A stretch of 62,644 nucleotides of DNA, filler included, from an uncultured Acidimicrobiia bacterium (GTDB lineage: Bacteria > Actinomycetota > Acidimicrobiia > Spongiisociales > JAOTWH01), in NCBI GenBank assembly GCA_964347285.1. It is 22 parts of 22 records of this genome, joined end to end, with 100 filler letters (N's around TTAATTAATTAA, not from the genome) between each part and the next. Parts side by side here need not be neighbours in the genome. Positions count along the whole stretch, not along the records: positions 51,553 to 53,746 come from CAYFYE010000173.1; positions 53,847 to 56,040 come from CAYFYE010000174.1; positions 56,141 to 58,269 come from CAYFYE010000175.1; positions 58,370 to 60,479 come from CAYFYE010000176.1; positions 60,580 to 62,644 come from CAYFYE010000177.1; 17 more parts are not named here. One strand, 5' to 3'. The translations under genes and the position numbers were made by a program. This document shows, piece by piece, positions 51,685 to 62,113 of this stretch (position 1 is the first letter of the stretch; each line of letters opens with the position of its first letter). The notes beneath the pieces were generated by a model. The model searched no databases, had not been told where the DNA came from, and saw nothing but the letters and a program-made list of their open reading frames with translations.

Positions 51685-52767
51685 CTAGGAGCCCGACTGG
51701 GCGGCGAACCGCTCCACCGGCTCGAGCGAGTCGAAGAAGGAGAGGGCGTCGTCGATGGAGTCGACCGCCACCACCTCGATCTCGCCGTCGGCGGCCCGTT
51801 CCGCATCTTCGAAGTTGCCGGTGGGGACCAGGGCGTACTGGGCCCCGGCGTCGCGGGCCGCAAAGATCTTCTGGCGGACCCCGCCGATGCTGCCCACGGT
51901 GCCGTCGAAGCGAATGGTGCCGGTGCCGGCCACCCGATGTCCCTTGGTGAGATCCTCGGGAGTGAGCAGGTTCATGATCCCCAGGGTCCACATCAGGCCG
52001 GCCGAGGAACCGCCGATGTTGCCCGAGGCGAACGTGACGTCGACCGGGAACTCGATGGCGGTGGTGAGGAACACTCCGATCACCCCCCGCTCCGGATCCT
52101 CGGGGCTGGGGGCGAGGACGATGTCGATGTCCCGGGTCTCGCCGCCCTCGCCGTGCTGGACGGTGACGGTGACGGTGTCGCCCGGTCCGAACTGCGACAC
52201 GATGTCGACGGCCTCCTCGGCGACGGTCACCGGCTCGCCGTCGACGGCGACGATGGTGTCGACCCCGGGCGCGAACAGGCCCACCGCCGGGGTGTCGTCG
52301 ACGAGGTCGGTGACCAGCGCCCCCCGTCCGGTCGACTCCAGGCCCAGCTCGGTCAGCGCCACGTAGACGGCGGCCCGCTGCGACTCCTCCATCGACGCCA
52401 GGTTGAGGCGCTGGAACTCCTCGGGAGAGATGTCGTCGGGACGGACCCGGTCCCGGGGCCGGAGGTCGACCTCGTCGTCGAAGGCCGCCTCGATGTACTC
52501 GAAGACGTTGACCTCGTCGGCGGTGATCGTCAGAAAGGACAGCACCCCGTCGGCTTCGTAGGTCTCGCCATCGACGGTGAGCAGGTCGGTGACGTCCTCG
52601 ACCGTCCCCGGGGCAAACGCCACGTAGTCGACCTTGAGGGGGTAGATGAAGACCACGGTGAGGCCGAGGGCCAGCAGCACCCCCACCAGCACGAACGGCC
52701 ATTTGGGGATGCGGCGCCGGGGCGTCGACCAGGGAGTGTCGGGGGTGGGACTCTCGCTCGATGTCAT
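51685..52767 (-). CDS. PDZ + Lon(S16) domain membrane protease (YlbL-like)
   Basis: TM; PDZ (DTIVAVDG); IGGSSAGLM, AGTGTI, IGGVRQK (Ser/Lys dyad). Confidence 0.9.
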   Translation of the reverse strand: MTSSESPTPDTPWSTPRRRIPKWPFVLVGVLLALGLTVVFIYPLKVDYVAFAPGTVEDVTDLLTVDGETYEADGVLSFLTITADEVNVFEYIEAAFDDEVDLRPRDRVRPDDISPEEFQRLNLASMEESQRAAVYVALTELGLESTGRGALVTDLVDDTPAVGLFAPGVDTIVAVDGEPVTVAEEAVDIVSQFGPGDTVTVTVQHGEGGETRDIDIVLAPSPEDPERGVIGVFLTTAIEFPVDVTFASGNIGGSSAGLMWTLGIMNLLTPEDLTKGHRVAGTGTIRFDGTVGSIGGVRQKIFAARDAGAQYALVPTGNFEDAERAADGEIEVVAVDSIDDALSFFDSLEPVERFAAQSGS

Positions 52768-52838
52768 CTCAGCGCGGCGATGGTACCGGCGGACCGGCGA
52801 TACCGAGCCTGATCGGGGGCTCTCGGTACACTCGTCCC

Positions 52839-53696
52839 ATGGGTCGCATACGGAACAGCATCGAACTGGCCAAGTCCTCGTGGGAAGTGCTCAAGGCCGA
52901 CAAGGAGCTGTTGGTGCTCCCGGTCATCTCGGGCCTCGCCTCTCTCATCGTCGCCGTGTCCTTCTTGGTTCCCTTCTTCATGACCAGGGGACTGGAAGCC
53001 GGGGAAAACCCCGAAATCCTGACGTACGTCGTGCTGTTCGCCATGTACGTGGCCCTGGCCTACGTGACGATCTTCTTCAATGCCGCCCTGGTACACGCCG
53101 CCGATGAACGTCTCGGGGGCGGAGACCCCACCCTGGGCAGCGCCCTGCAGGGAGCGCTGGCCCGGGCCGGCCGCATCCTTCCCTGGGCGGTGGTCTCGGC
53201 GACCGTTTCGATCATCCTGCGGGCCATCGAGGAGCGGGCCGGGGTGGTGGGCCGGATCGTCATCGGGCTGGTGGGGATGGCCTGGTCGGTGGTGACCTTC
53301 CTGGTGCTCCCGATCCTGGTCATCGAGGGCATCGGGGTCGGCGACGCCCTCAAGCGCTCGGCGGCGCTGTTCAAGCAGACCTGGGGAGAGAACATCGCCG
53401 CCCAGGTGGGCTTCGGCATTCTCGGGTTCCTGGCCTCGCTGCCGGCGATCGTCATCGGGGTGCTGGCGGCCACCGCCGGCGGCGCCGCGGCCGGCATCGG
53501 CATCACGGTGGCGGTGGCCTGGGTGCTGCTGGTGGGGGTGGTGCTGGCCACCCTGAGCGGCATCTTCCAGACCGCCCTCTACCACTACGCCGTCGACGGC
53601 CGGGTGCCCAGCGGCTACTTCTCGGATGCCACGATGGCCTCGGCCTTCGCCCCCCGGAAGGGCCGGGGCGGCTTCGGCGGGGGGATCGCCGGCTAG
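52839..53696 (+). CDS. Conserved membrane protein (DUF6159-like)
   Basis: SWEVLKADKELL..P, FFNAAL, WSVVTFLV.P..V.E, KRS..LFK.TWGE. Confidence 0.8.
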   Translation: MGRIRNSIELAKSSWEVLKADKELLVLPVISGLASLIVAVSFLVPFFMTRGLEAGENPEILTYVVLFAMYVALAYVTIFFNAALVHAADERLGGGDPTLGSALQGALARAGRILPWAVVSATVSIILRAIEERAGVVGRIVIGLVGMAWSVVTFLVLPILVIEGIGVGDALKRSAALFKQTWGENIAAQVGFGILGFLASLPAIVIGVLAATAGGAAAGIGITVAVAWVLLVGVVLATLSGIFQTALYHYAVDGRVPSGYFSDATMASAFAPRKGRGGFGGGIAG

Positions 53697-53846
53697 CGGC
53701 GCTCTAGGAGATCAACCCGCCGCCAAGCAGCGAGGCCCGGATCACGNNNNNNNNNNNNNNNNNNNNNNNNNNNNNNNNNNNNNNNNNNNNTTAATTAATT
53801 AANNNNNNNNNNNNNNNNNNNNNNNNNNNNNNNNNNNNNNNNNNNN

Positions 53847-55378
53847 ACGTCGAGATTCCCGACACGACCATCACGCCTTTCGTGCTTCAGCGCGCCGCCG
53901 AGCTGGGGGACAAGGCGGCCCTGATCGACGGACCGACGGGACGCACCCTCACCTACCGCGGCCTGGCCGAGGCCGTCGACCGCTGCGCCGCCGGCCTGGC
54001 CGAGCGGGGATTCGGCCGCGCCGACATCATGGCCCTTTATTCGCCCAACGTTCCCGAGTACGCGGTGATGTTTCATGCCGTAGCCTCACTGGGAGGGGTC
54101 AACACCACCATCAACCCCCTTTACACGGCCGACGAGCTGGCCTTCCAGCTCGAAGATGCCGGGGCCCGTTGCCTCTTCACCGTGCCTCCGTTCCTCGACC
54201 ACGCCACCGAAGCGGCCGAGCGCAGCGGAGTCGCCGAGATCATCACCCTGGGCGAGGCCACCGGCGCCACGCCGTACCAAGAACTGCTGGCCGCCGGCGC
54301 TCCGCCCGTAGTGGATGTCGACCCGGCCGACCTGGTGGTCCTCCCGTACTCGTCGGGGACCACCGGCTTCCCCAAGGGAGTGATGCTCACCCATCACAAC
54401 CTGGTGGCCAACGTCTGCCAGTGCGGCCCGGCCCTCGACGTCGGCCCCGACGACGTCATCATCGGAGTGCTGCCGTTCTTCCACATCTATGGCATGCAGG
54501 TGATCATGAACATGGCCGTGAGTCGCGGGGCCACCGTCGTCACCATGCCCCGGTTCGACCTGGAGCAGTTCCTTGCCCTTTTGCAGGATCACCGGGTCAC
54601 CATCGCCTACCTGGTGCCTCCCATCGTGCTGGCCCTGGCCAAGCACCCGGCGGTCGATGGGTTCGACCTGTCCTCGCTGCGGCTGATCATGTCGGGCGCC
54701 GCGCCTCTCGGTCCCGATCTCCAGCAGGCCTGCGCCGGCCGCCTGGGGTGCGCGGTGATGCAGGGCTACGGGCCCACCGAGACCAGCCCGGTCACCCACG
54801 TCAACCCGCCCGACCCCGAGCGCAACCGCCCCGGCTCCATCGGCTCGCCGCTGCCCCGCACCGAGTGCCGCATCGTCGATCCGCTGACCGAGGCGGACGT
54901 CTCTCCCGGCGAGCCGGGCGAGCTGTGGATCCGGGGACCGCAGGTGATGGTGGGCTACCTCAACAACGAGGAAGCCACCAAGCAGACGATCACCCCTGAG
55001 GGGTGGTTGCGGACCGGTGACCTGGCCACGGCCGATGCCGACGGCTACTTCACGATCGTCGATCGGCTCAAGGAGCTCATCAAGTACAAGGGGTTCCAGG
55101 TGGCGCCGGCCGAGTTGGAAGCGTTGCTGCTCACCCATCCGGCCATCGCCGATGCCGCCGTCATTCCCTCGCCCGACCCGGAGGCCGGTGAGGTCCCCAA
55201 GGCGTTCGTGGTCCTCAAGAGAGAGGTGACTGCGGACGAGATCATGGACTGGGTCGCCGCCCACGTTGCCCCCCACAAGAAGATTCGCCGGCTGGAGATC
55301 CTCGAGGAGATCCCCAAGTCGGCGTCGGGGAAGATCCTGCGGCGGGTGCTGGTGGAGCGGGAGCGGGCGGCCCGGTAG
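53847..55378 (+). CDS. 4-coumarate-CoA ligase-like acyl-CoA synthetase, 5'-partial
   Basis: YSSGTTGFPKG, LPFFHIYG, QGYGPTE, GWLRTGD, DRLKELIKYKG, SGKILRR. Confidence 0.93.
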
Positions 55379-55411
55379 CGACGTCTCGAGCCCGTCCCAT
55401 ACAATCCGCCG

Positions 55412-55849
55412 GTGACCGCAATGAGCCGGCCCGAGATCGAAACCTGCCTGGCCGGACCACATCAGGCGGTGCTGTCGGTGAGTCGCCGGGACAAGGGCCC
55501 GGTGGCCGTGCCGATGAGCTACGTCTTCGAGGACGGACGGTTCTGGATGATCACCTCTCCCGAGTCCCGCCACGGGGAGCTCATGCGCCGTACCGGGCGC
55601 ATCACGCTGACCGTTCACCACGAGGAATACCCCCGGCGCACCTCCCGGCAGTGGTACGTGATGGCCGAGGGGCCGGTGCTCTTCACCGATGACGATCCGA
55701 TGCCGCTGTTGCGAAGACTCTTGGCCAAGGACCGTACCGAGGAGCTGGCCGACGAGTGGGTCGAGCAGATGGGCGCCCATGGAGATGTCGTTGCGGTGAT
55801 GTCGCCGGACACGCTGGCCGGGTATCGGTTCGAACGGGAGCTGCCCTAG
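55412..55849 (+). CDS. Pyridoxamine 5'-phosphate oxidase-like (split-barrel) protein
   Basis: MSRPEIE..LA.P..AVLSV...GP..VP..Y; YVMAEG. Confidence 0.82.
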   Translation: MTAMSRPEIETCLAGPHQAVLSVSRRDKGPVAVPMSYVFEDGRFWMITSPESRHGELMRRTGRITLTVHHEEYPRRTSRQWYVMAEGPVLFTDDDPMPLLRRLLAKDRTEELADEWVEQMGAHGDVVAVMSPDTLAGYRFERELP

Positions 55850-55859
55850 CCGATCCGAA

Positions 55860-55997
55860 GGCGGGCGCCGCCGGTGGTGAGCGGCTACCGGGCGTGCCCG
55901 GCCCGAGGACGGGGAGCCGCAATCCGGCAGAACACCGCAGCTTCGCGGCTTGCCTGCGGGCGCCGGCAGCGGCGGGCCGGCTATCGGCCCGCCCGCC
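55860..55997. ncRNA. Candidate multi-stem structured RNA/DNA element, family not recognised
   Basis: Nested stems read by eye (see findings); intergenic, at a contig end. Confidence 0.35.
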
Positions 55998-56140
55998 CAC
56001 CAGAAACCGCTTCCCGAGGGGTGGACGGCGTCCCGTTGGGNNNNNNNNNNNNNNNNNNNNNNNNNNNNNNNNNNNNNNNNNNNNTTAATTAATTAANNNN
56101 NNNNNNNNNNNNNNNNNNNNNNNNNNNNNNNNNNNNNNNN

Positions 56141-57141
56141 CCGATGTAGCTCATCTCCACCTTGACCGCCTCCCCGGTGGCCGCCGACCTCTCCTCCGAA
56201 TAGCGGTCGTCCCGTCGCTCCCAGACGCCGGCGATCAACGAAGTCATCTCGTCGTCGCTCGCTCCCCCGCGCAGCGGCCGGCGCAGGTCGGTGCCGGCGG
56301 TCGCGAACAAGCAGGTGAAGAGCTTGCCGTCGGCCGAGATCCGGGCCCGAGTACAGGCACCGCAGAAAGGCCGGGTCACCGAGGCGATGACCCCGACCTC
56401 GCCGCTTCCGTCTCGATACCTCCACCGCTCCGCCACTTCCCCCCGATAGCCGGGCTCGACGGGCTCGAGTGGCCAGCGCTCCCCGATCATCTCGACGACC
56501 TCGGCGGCCGGCACCACCCGGTCGAGTCTCCAGCCGTTGGTGGTCCCCACATCCATGTACTCGATGAAGCGGACGATGTGTCCCGTTCCCCGGAAGTGCT
56601 CGGCAATGCCGACGATTTGGTGGTCGTTGACGCCCCGCACCACCACCGTATTGACCTTGAGCGGGCCGAGGCCGGCCCGGGCGGCCGCCTCGATACCGTC
56701 GAGCACCTGCTCCACCCGGACTCGGGTGGAGGTGAGGCGGGCGAACGTGGCGTCGTCGAGCGTGTCCAGGCTGACCGACACCCGATCGAGCCCGGCCCCG
56801 GCCAGGGCAGGTGCCCGGGCGCGCAACAGGAGGCCGTTGGTGGTCATGGCCAGATCCGGAGAAGGCTCCAGCCCCCGCAGCATGGCGATGAAGCGGGGAA
56901 GCTCGCGGCGCAACAGCGGCTCCCCTCCGGTGATGCGGACCTTGCCGACCCCCAGGCCCACGAACAACCCCGCCAGACGAGTCAGCTCCTCATAGGTGAG
57001 TAGCTCATCGCGATCCAGGAATGGGTACTCGGGACCGAACACTTCGGCCGGCATGCAGTAGGCACACCGCAGGTTGCACCGGTCGGTGACCGAGATGCGC
57101 AGGTCCCTCAGCTTCCGTCCCAGCCGATCGGCACCGCCCAT
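56141..57141 (-). CDS. moaA: GTP 3',8-cyclase, cut just before the stop
   Basis: LRISVTDRCNLRCAYCMP, TGGEPL, RFIEYM, FCGACTRAR...TCLF, MSYIG. Confidence 0.97.
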
Positions 57142-57192
57142 GGAGCGCACCCTAGGCCTGCTCACCATGTGGTGTGGCCCTGAGCGGCAGGC

Positions 57193-58269
57193 CTAGGTGC
57201 GGCGGGCGACTGTGCCGGCCGGGGCGCAGGCGTCGTCGTAGACGACGAGCCGGGGAGGCCGGTCCTCGTCGGCGCACGCCGGACAGGCCGGATCACGCTC
57301 CACCTCGAACGTGGTGACGCGCTGAGAGAGGGCGTCGTAGCTGAGGAGACGGCCGACGAGCAGATCTCCCAGCCCCAGCAAGAGCTTGATCGCCTCCACC
57401 GCCTGCATGGAGCCGATCACGCCGGGAACTGCGCCGATCACACCCACCTCGGCGCAGGCCGGGGACAGCTCGGGAGGGGGCGGCTCGGGAAAGAGACACC
57501 GGTAGCAGGGTCCCCGATAGGGAACGAACGTGGTCACCTGGCCTTCGAAGCGAAACAGCGACCCGTGCACGATCGGAGTCCGCAGGTGCAGGGCGGCATC
57601 GTTGACCAGGTACCGGGTCGGGAAGTTGTCGCCTCCATCGACCACCGCGTCGTACCCGTCCATGATGTCGAGAACGTTGTCGGCCGCAAGGCGGACCCGG
57701 TACGGCTCGACGTTCACTCCCGGGTTGAGGGCGACCAGCGCCTCTCGAGCCGAATCGGCCTTGAGGCGCCCAAGGCGATGGGTGTCGTGGAGGATCTGCC
57801 GCTGCAGGCTGGAGACGTCGACGATGTCGTCGTCGACAATTCCCAGCCGGCCCACCCCGGCGGCGGCCAGATACAAGGCGGCCGGCGACCCCAATCCTCC
57901 GGCACCGACGATCAACACCCCTGAGCCCAGCAGCCGGGCCTGTCCTTCTTCACCGATCTCCGGCAGGACTGTGTGGCGGCTGTAGCGGACCCGCTGCTCA
58001 TCGGAGAGGGTGGCCGGCAACTGCCAGCTGCGGCCCTCACGCTTCCACCGTTCGATGCCGCCGGCGAGCGAACGGACCCGTTCGAATCCCATCTCGCCGA
58101 GGTCCTCGGCCGCCAGAGCCGAGCGGTTGCCGACATCGCAGTAGAGGACGATCTCGGCTCCCGGGCCGGGACCCATTTCGTCGATGGTGCGCTCGAGGAT
58201 GCCCCGGGGCACCAGCCGGGCTCCCTCGACGGCACCCTGCTGGTACTCGTGAGGCTCGCGCACGTCGAT
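57193..58269 (-). CDS. moeB: Rhodanese-MoeB fusion, 3' part
   Basis: LYCDVGNRS, RYSRH, GAGGLG, LQRQ, DNFPTRY, PCYRC, CPAC. Confidence 0.93.
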   Translation of the reverse strand: MDVREPHEYQQGAVEGARLVPRGILERTIDEMGPGPGAEIVLYCDVGNRSALAAEDLGEMGFERVRSLAGGIERWKREGRSWQLPATLSDEQRVRYSRHTVLPEIGEEGQARLLGSGVLIVGAGGLGSPAALYLAAAGVGRLGIVDDDIVDVSSLQRQILHDTHRLGRLKADSAREALVALNPGVNVEPYRVRLAADNVLDIMDGYDAVVDGGDNFPTRYLVNDAALHLRTPIVHGSLFRFEGQVTTFVPYRGPCYRCLFPEPPPPELSPACAEVGVIGAVPGVIGSMQAVEAIKLLLGLGDLLVGRLLSYDALSQRVTTFEVERDPACPACADEDRPPRLVVYDDACAPAGTVARRT

Positions 58270-58369
58270 NNNNNNNNNNNNNNNNNNNNNNNNNNNNNNN
58301 NNNNNNNNNNNNNTTAATTAATTAANNNNNNNNNNNNNNNNNNNNNNNNNNNNNNNNNNNNNNNNNNNN

Positions 58370-59952
58370 TAGATGCGACGGGTGGCCTTGTAGAGGTTGC
58401 GAAACTCGCCGAACAGCTCGTCGTAGAGGGCGGCATGGTTCCGATCGGGCACGAACGTTGCGTCGATGGGAACCAGCCCGGGGATCTCGCCGAAGCGTAT
58501 GGAGCCCAGGGCGGCGGACGCCAGCAGCCCGGCCCCGCGCACGTTCACCCAGATGGGGTCGGACACCCGGCGGACGGTGCGGCCCAGCACGTCGGCGAAG
58601 ATCTGGCACCACACGTCGGAGTTGGCTCCGCCGCCGGCGATCACGATGGGGTCGAGGCGGGTCCGAGTGAAGCGTTCTACGTAGGTGAGCAGCCACCGGG
58701 CGTTGTAGGCAACCCCCTCGAACACGGCCCGGACCAGGTGGGGGCGGGACGTATTCAACGACTGATTGAAGAACCCGCTACGTATGAAGGCATCTTCGAC
58801 CGGAGTCCGCTCTCCGTACAGCCAGGGGGTGAACAGCACTCGGCCAGCTCCGGGCGGGGCTCCGGCCACCGTCTCGTCGAGTTCCCGATACAGCTCCCCG
58901 CGTTCGGCGGGCGGAACCTCGGCGCGACCGAGCAGGGCGGCCGCGGCGAAATCGAGGGCGGCCCCGGCGGTCTCCTGCTCGTCTGCCACGAAGTAGCGGC
59001 CGGGAAGCGGCGCCGGCAGAGAGGCGATGTTGTGGAGGAGGTCGGTCTTCTTGAACGGCACGTGGCACGTCAGCCAGGACGAGGTGCCGATGTAGAGGTG
59101 GGCGGAGAAGTCGGCCACGGTGCCGGCTCCTATCAGCGCCGACTGGAGGTCGGGAGTGCCGGCTATCACCGGGGTGCCCGGATGCAGGCCGAGCGCCTCG
59201 GCGGCCGGCACCCGAACCGGCCCGACCAAATCGACGGCCCGGATGAGCGGGGGGAGCCGGGAAGTGTCGATGTCGGCCAGCGAGGCCAGCTCGGGGCTGT
59301 AGGCGACCCGATCGGGGTCGCGGTTGTCGGTCAGCCAGTGGAGGGCGATCGAGTCGAACGTGGCCACGGCGCGGCCGGTGAGGCGCAGGTTGAGGTAGTC
59401 CTTGGGTTCGAGGAACATCGCCGCCGACTGATAGCGCTCGGGGTCCTCATGGCGGAGGTAGAGGATGTGGGCGAGGGGGTCCTTACCGGAGCGGCTCGGT
59501 GCGCCTCCGGTGAGGCGGATCCAGGTGCGGAGCTTGCGGACGTCGTAGCCCTCGATCTTCACGGGTCCGCCGATGAGCCGTTCTACGTAGGGGGCGCCTC
59601 GGGCATCCATCCAGATGATCGCGTCGCCCACAGGATCACCGCCGGCGTCGACCGGCACTGTTCCCGACCACTGGGCGGTGACCGAGATGGCCACGATCCG
59701 GGAACGAGGCACTGCGGTGGTCTCGAGGAGGCGGCGTGCGGCGGCAACAATCGCCGTCCACCACTCCTCGGGGTCCTGCTCGGCGCCTCCGTTGGGTTGC
59801 AGGCGGAGGCGGACCGGCTCGAACTCCCCGCCGCGGAGATCACCCCGCGTCGAAACCAGCCCGACCTTGGGCCCCGAGGTGCCCAGGTCGATGGCCAGGA
59901 CGTATTCGGCGGGCACCGATTCGTCCCGGGCAGACGTTCTGTCGGGAGGCAT
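58370..59952 (-). CDS. FGGY-family carbohydrate kinase (xylulokinase-like), 3'-partial
   Basis: IDLGTSG.K, IIWMDAR, GTSSW, GERTP, RAVFEG, GGGA.S..WCQ. Confidence 0.92.
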
Positions 59953-60050
59953 GTCTCTCCCTCACGGGCACCGGCCCCTCCATTGTGGCCGAGGGGGTGG
60001 CGAGGCGTCGCCGCTAGCCTCCCCTCTGGCTCACAGTGGCCGGGGAGACG

Positions 60051-60395
60051 ATGACCGAATCGGGCGATTCGATGGACGCGGGATCACCCCAGGACTCCCG
60101 ACTCCGCCGCTTCTATCTGTTGGGGGGCCTAGCGGTGGCGTTCACGCTGATCGTGACGGTCGTCGGACTCGTTTTCTGGCTGGTCGATCCGCAGAGAGCC
60201 ACTGTGCCGTACGACGTCCTCGGCGTTGTCGCCGCCATTACCGGGCTGGCGACCGGACTGTTGTTCGTCGTCGCAGCGATCTACGGGGCGGTATCCGGGG
60301 CCTGGCGGCTGGTGCCCACCAGGGTGCGGATCACTGCGTACCTCCTTCTGGCCGCCGCTGCGATGACGGCCATCGCCCTGGGCAGCCAGACTTAG
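60051..60395 (+). CDS. Small 3-TM membrane protein
   Basis: Three hydrophobic segments; GGGAG upstream. Confidence 0.6.
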   Translation: MTESGDSMDAGSPQDSRLRRFYLLGGLAVAFTLIVTVVGLVFWLVDPQRATVPYDVLGVVAAITGLATGLLFVVAAIYGAVSGAWRLVPTRVRITAYLLLAAAAMTAIALGSQT

Positions 60396-60396
60396 C

Positions 60397-60479
60397 TCAC
60401 ACGTCCCGGATCCCGCTGATGATCAGGGCGATGCCGGCCACCACCAGCAGGCTCCCCAGGAGCCGGGAAGCCCCCCGCA
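60397..60479 (-). CDS. Membrane protein, C-terminal fragment
   Basis: RLLGSLLVVAGIALIISGIRDV*. Confidence 0.5.
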
Positions 60480-60579
60480 NNNNNNNNNNNNNNNNNNNNN
60501 NNNNNNNNNNNNNNNNNNNNNNNTTAATTAATTAANNNNNNNNNNNNNNNNNNNNNNNNNNNNNNNNNNNNNNNNNNNN

Positions 60580-61885
60580 CGCCGAAGGGGATGCCGGAGT
60601 CGAAGAAGGCTGCGTAGTCGGACCGGAAGCTGATTTGGGTCGGCTCGAAGGCCAGCCCTCGCGATGCGTAGAAGTCCTCGTAGAGCTTCTCGATCGCCGC
60701 CGATCCAGGTGGTCCCGCCAGGCCGAACGCCGACCCATCCCCGTCGTAGATGAAGCGGACGTAGTTCGGCGAGCCGATCATGTCGAAGTTGAGGTAGAGC
60801 GCGATGTCGTCGCGTTCCTCATCGCTCAGCCCGAACACGTAATGGTCTGAGCCGATGAGGCCGGACTCCTCGGCGCCCCACCAGGCGAACCGGACCTTGT
60901 TCTTCGGCTTGACCTTCGCCATCTGCTCGGCGACCTCGAGGATGGCGGCGCTGCCCGAGCCATTGTCTTGGATGCCCGGCCCTGCGCCGACGGAGTCGAG
61001 GTGGGCCCCGACCATTACGACGTTGTCGGCCCTGCCGCCGCGGGTCTCGGCCAGGACGTTCGCGGTCGTCGCCACGCCCCGGAAGACGTCGGCGACCAGG
61101 TGCATGACCAGCCCGGGCGTGCCGCTCCACTCGACTCCCAGGTTGTGGCTAGCAAACATGACCGGGATGCCGCCGGTGTAATTGGCGGACAGCGTCCCGA
61201 TGATGGGGTCGAAGCGACCGGGAGCGTTCCCCTGGTTGAAGATGATCGCGCCGACGGCGCCGGCGGCCGCGGCATTCTCGCCTTTGAGCTGGAAGGTGCA
61301 GGCGCCGCGCTGCATGAGGGCAATGTGCCCGGCCGGGAACCCCGCGAAGTCGGCCGCCTCACAGCCGCTCGTCGAGGTGGACGGATCGGCGGGCCATGCC
61401 CCACCACCCAAGGCCAGGTCGACGGCGGTCACGGGGGCCGTGACGTCGCCGGGTTCCGTCTGCTGCATGAGGGCATAGTCGAAGCCGGGTCCGGCGCCCT
61501 CGAGGTACGTGGTCGGCACGGGGCTCACCTGCTCGAGCGTAGAAGGTCCGAGCTGGATGAACGCGTTGAAATCGAACTCTTGCACGGTCACGTCGTAGCC
61601 GGCCGCCTCCATCTTCTCGACGACGTAGGCGACGGACGCGTCGTACCCCTCGAAACCGCTGACGCGTCTCCCAGGAACGTCGATGGCCGCATCGGCGATG
61701 GCCTGAAAGGCGGCCTGGTGCTCCCGTACGCCCTCGACGGTCACGCACTCCAGCAGCTTCTTGACCGTGTTGTTGACGCGGGTGTCGCAGGCCTCTACAC
61801 CCGCCTGGGCCACGGGCACCGGCCCCATGAGCCCCGTGACCAGGGCGGCGACTATCGCCACCCCGAGTGTTCTTCTGATTCGCAC
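60580..61885 (-). CDS. Secreted M28 aminopeptidase with PA domain, 3'-partial
   Basis: Signal peptide; SGC, RGACTF..K (PA); GAHLDSV, DNGSG, AEESGL, NFDMIGS, RSDY. Confidence 0.94.
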
Positions 61886-61988
61886 GACGCCTCCTCCTTC
61901 CCTTTGCCCCGACGGCGCCTCGGACCGCCTGCCGTGCTGCGGTGGGTGGTTGTTCTAGCAGACGGCTTCGTGCAGTGGCAAGTCGATC

Positions 61989-62044
61989 TTGTCCACAGGT
62001 CTGTCCACAGGTCTCAAGCATCGCTCTGGGGACAATCTGGACAG
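61989..62044. promoter_or_regulatory. Cluster of four DnaA-box-like 9-mers
   Basis: TTGTCCACA 61989, CTGTCCACA 62001 (forward); TTGTCCCCA 62035-62027, CTGTCCAGA 62044-62036 (reverse). Confidence 0.5.
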
Positions 62045-62113
62045 GATCCCACTGGCGGTGACTCTCGGTAACAACTAGCGTGTCGCTTCTCTCCGTAACA
62101 AACGACAGCGATC

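Noticed and set aside
3710..60579. Regularly recurring TTAATTAATTAA flanked by Ns, superficially a repeat array
   Set aside because: It is an artificial all-frame-stop spacer between contigs, not CRISPR or biology. ORFs ending in X...LIN are artefacts.
61989..62110. oriC
   Set aside because: No dnaA/dnaN adjacent, only four boxes and no clear AT-rich unwinding element; kept only as a box cluster.
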